Below, in pieces: positions 62,342 to 64,000 of a stretch of 64,000 nt of DNA. The notes below the pieces were generated by a model. The model ran no database searches, was not told the origin of the DNA, and saw nothing but the letters and a program-made list of their open reading frames with translations. Location: IMG/VR virus record IMGVR_UViG_3300017708_001182, positions 8,446 to 72,445 of that record. One strand, 5' to 3'. Source of the stretch: a virus. The position numbers and the translations under genes are program-made. The number at the start of each line of letters is the position of its first letter. Position 1 is the first letter of the stretch.

Positions 62342-63073
62342 TTATTCATTAGTTTGTATTCTGAATTGTGCACTTTGCACCGCACTAGCGTTTTCAGTAT
62401 ACATTGCAAGATTTTGAACTGTCAAATCTAGAAGTTCATCTTCTAAATATGAAGCAAGCTCACAATCTTGATTAGTAGATGGATTTCCATCCATCATGAC
62501 ATAACCTGTTTTGTTAATATACACAGGATATCTCATATACATTATGTAAATATCTTTGGGAGTAAATGTACCATCGGTATATATACTAATAGTGTTAGAT
62601 GATATTGCATTTAACGTTTCTTGATACTCAAAGCTAGGCTTGTAGTGATCATTATTAAGTAATAGAGATAAGTCTCCATGTTTACTTAAGTCCTTGTTAA
62701 TCCATATCTTACGATCTTTGCATTTACCTTTATCTGCCAATATATAACTATCAACATAAAACATGTATTCAGGTTTTAGTGAAGTTAGATCAGCATCCCA
62801 TTGATGTAGTTCGGTATTAGTTTCTTGTAAAGGTAGTGGTTGATTTTTAAAATCTATAACTAAATTTTGTAAATCTTCGTACCTTTTTTTAAAAGCATCA
62901 AACCCTAACTTATTAGGGATTGCGAAACCATCAACTTTTTGTTTTATCAACTTAATCTGAGCCTCATTCAAAGCTAAGATCTTATCTTCAAGTTGAATTT
63001 GTTGATGCTCGTTAGTTGATAGTTTATTTAGTTTTTGGTCTATTTTGTATAATAAACTATCTACTGGTATCAT
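62342..63073 (-). CDS. Tail ring protein (crAss gp34/35-like)
   Basis: 243 aa. KIDQKLNKL...KILALNEAQIKLIKQ N-terminal helix, YIMYMRYP and C-terminal CELASYLEDELLDLTV typical of these ring proteins. Confidence 0.65.
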   Translation of the reverse strand: MIPVDSLLYKIDQKLNKLSTNEHQQIQLEDKILALNEAQIKLIKQKVDGFAIPNKLGFDAFKKRYEDLQNLVIDFKNQPLPLQETNTELHQWDADLTSLKPEYMFYVDSYILADKGKCKDRKIWINKDLSKHGDLSLLLNNDHYKPSFEYQETLNAISSNTISIYTDGTFTPKDIYIMYMRYPVYINKTGYVMMDGNPSTNQDCELASYLEDELLDLTVQNLAMYTENASAVQSAQFRIQTNE

Positions 63074-63100
63074 TTATAAAAGAGTTTTAAAACTAGCCTC

Positions 63101-63979
63101 TTATACAGAAGCTAGTTTCTTTGTTTTCAACTTTTTTTCTAGAACTATTAAGTCTTCTTGATGATCTTCATCTACTAAATACTTTAATAATTCTTCTTCA
63201 TCCATTGCTACTTCGTATTCACCTTCATAGATTTTTCCACTTGGTTTAACTCTGTAGATTGAATGTTGAATAGCTTGTTTAATTAAATCTTTAATATGGA
63301 GTAAATTTTCTTTCATGTCAGCAAATCTGTTAAATACTTCTACAGGATTTAATCCTTTAAAGCTTCCAGATTTAACTTCAGATTGTTTCAACATACTATC
63401 AACTTGATTATATACAACTTCTTCTTTTGTCTCATCAGTTACAGGAAGTCCAAGTAGTCTTGCAACTTTCTTTTTCTTCTCAGGAGTCATTGAGTCAAAT
63501 TTGATAATAGCTTTATTAATAAGCTGTTTTTTCTTGTAGACAATTGCACTTTCAATATCATCATTAACAATATAGAATTGTGTGTCTGCAGGAAACTCAC
63601 CTCTTTCCCATGCTTGATAAGAAGATGCAACTGTTGGATGCACTCTTAACCATGCAAAAGCTACTTCTTGTAGAGGTTGCGTTAGATCGTAGAAGTTATC
63701 TCCATCTAAAAGTTTTACAGGTTGCACATGTAATGAATCATTTGCTCCTGTAGATAATCCATAGTTCCAGAATTTAGCTCTTGGTCCTAAATCAATATCT
63801 CCTAAAGATGCTTGTAACTTGTCTCTAAGTTCTGTAACACGCTCAATTTCTAGCTCTCTTTCAGTAGAATCTTGAATACGTTTAATGTATCCAGCACTAG
63901 GATCTAAGCCTGTTCTGTACTTACCATCTAATTCTTTATAAGGATACTTAAAAACTCCTGTTCCAGGAATTCTTGTCAT
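63101..63979 (-). CDS. Conserved crAss-like protein normally downstream of the major capsid gene, probably 5'-truncated
   Basis: 292 aa from the first ATG. The frame is open to the window edge (AGT AAT CTT GCT CAG CAA GGT ATG). Confidence 0.55.
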   Translation of the reverse strand: MTRIPGTGVFKYPYKELDGKYRTGLDPSAGYIKRIQDSTERELEIERVTELRDKLQASLGDIDLGPRAKFWNYGLSTGANDSLHVQPVKLLDGDNFYDLTQPLQEVAFAWLRVHPTVASSYQAWERGEFPADTQFYIVNDDIESAIVYKKKQLINKAIIKFDSMTPEKKKKVARLLGLPVTDETKEEVVYNQVDSMLKQSEVKSGSFKGLNPVEVFNRFADMKENLLHIKDLIKQAIQHSIYRVKPSGKIYEGEYEVAMDEEELLKYLVDEDHQEDLIVLEKKLKTKKLASV

Positions 63980-64000
63980 ACCTTGCTGAGCAAGATTACT

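Larger units (their letters stand above)
1..64000 (-). mobile_element. Fragment of a crAss-like (Crassvirales-type) phage genome: virion morphogenesis and ejected-cargo module
   Basis: Co-oriented, tightly packed structural genes in the order ring - auxiliary capsid - hub - ring - IHF-like - ring - muzzle - cargo - three giant proteins with a DFDID RNA polymerase, matching the crAss-like gene order as I recall it. Bacteroidota-type TAnnTTTG promoter elements. No cellular housekeeping genes. Confidence 0.9.

Noticed and set aside
708-64000. Stop-codon reassignment (TAG or TGA), known in some crAss-like phages
   Set aside because: Genes up to 2523 aa are intact in the standard code, and TAG acts as a terminal stop (e.g. 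708, 2729, 721).

Overview
This window is a 64 kb AT-rich fragment of a large crAss-like (Crassvirales-type) bacteriophage, probably infecting a Bacteroidota host, and covers most of the virion-structure module. All genes but the first lie on the minus strand. In transcription order (right to left): conserved capsid-adjacent genes (ring, auxiliary capsid, tail-hub-like), about 11 kb of accessory decoration genes (poly-Thr linkers, a repeated GPFDLYSD domain, vWA, tail collar, trypsin-like protease), a metallophosphoesterase, ring/IHF-like/ring genes, an expanded and apparently split muzzle protein, modular cargo proteins, three giant ejected proteins including a virion RNA polymerase (DFDID motif), then a 2523-aa (Gly-Thr-Ser)n fibre and a collagen-like fibre. 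These converge on a plus-strand TibC/AAH-type iron-finger glycosyltransferase. Two candidate novel systems stand out: (1) a phage-encoded protein O-glycosylation system (TibC-like enzyme plus GTS/poly-Thr virion substrates), and (2) a matched C-terminal KCKG / N-terminal MxxCPN motif pair that could chain the three giant cargo proteins head to tail. Family assignments come from motifs and recalled synteny with phiCrAss001 and phi14:2, not from database searches. No tRNA, rRNA, CRISPR array or stop-codon recoding was seen.
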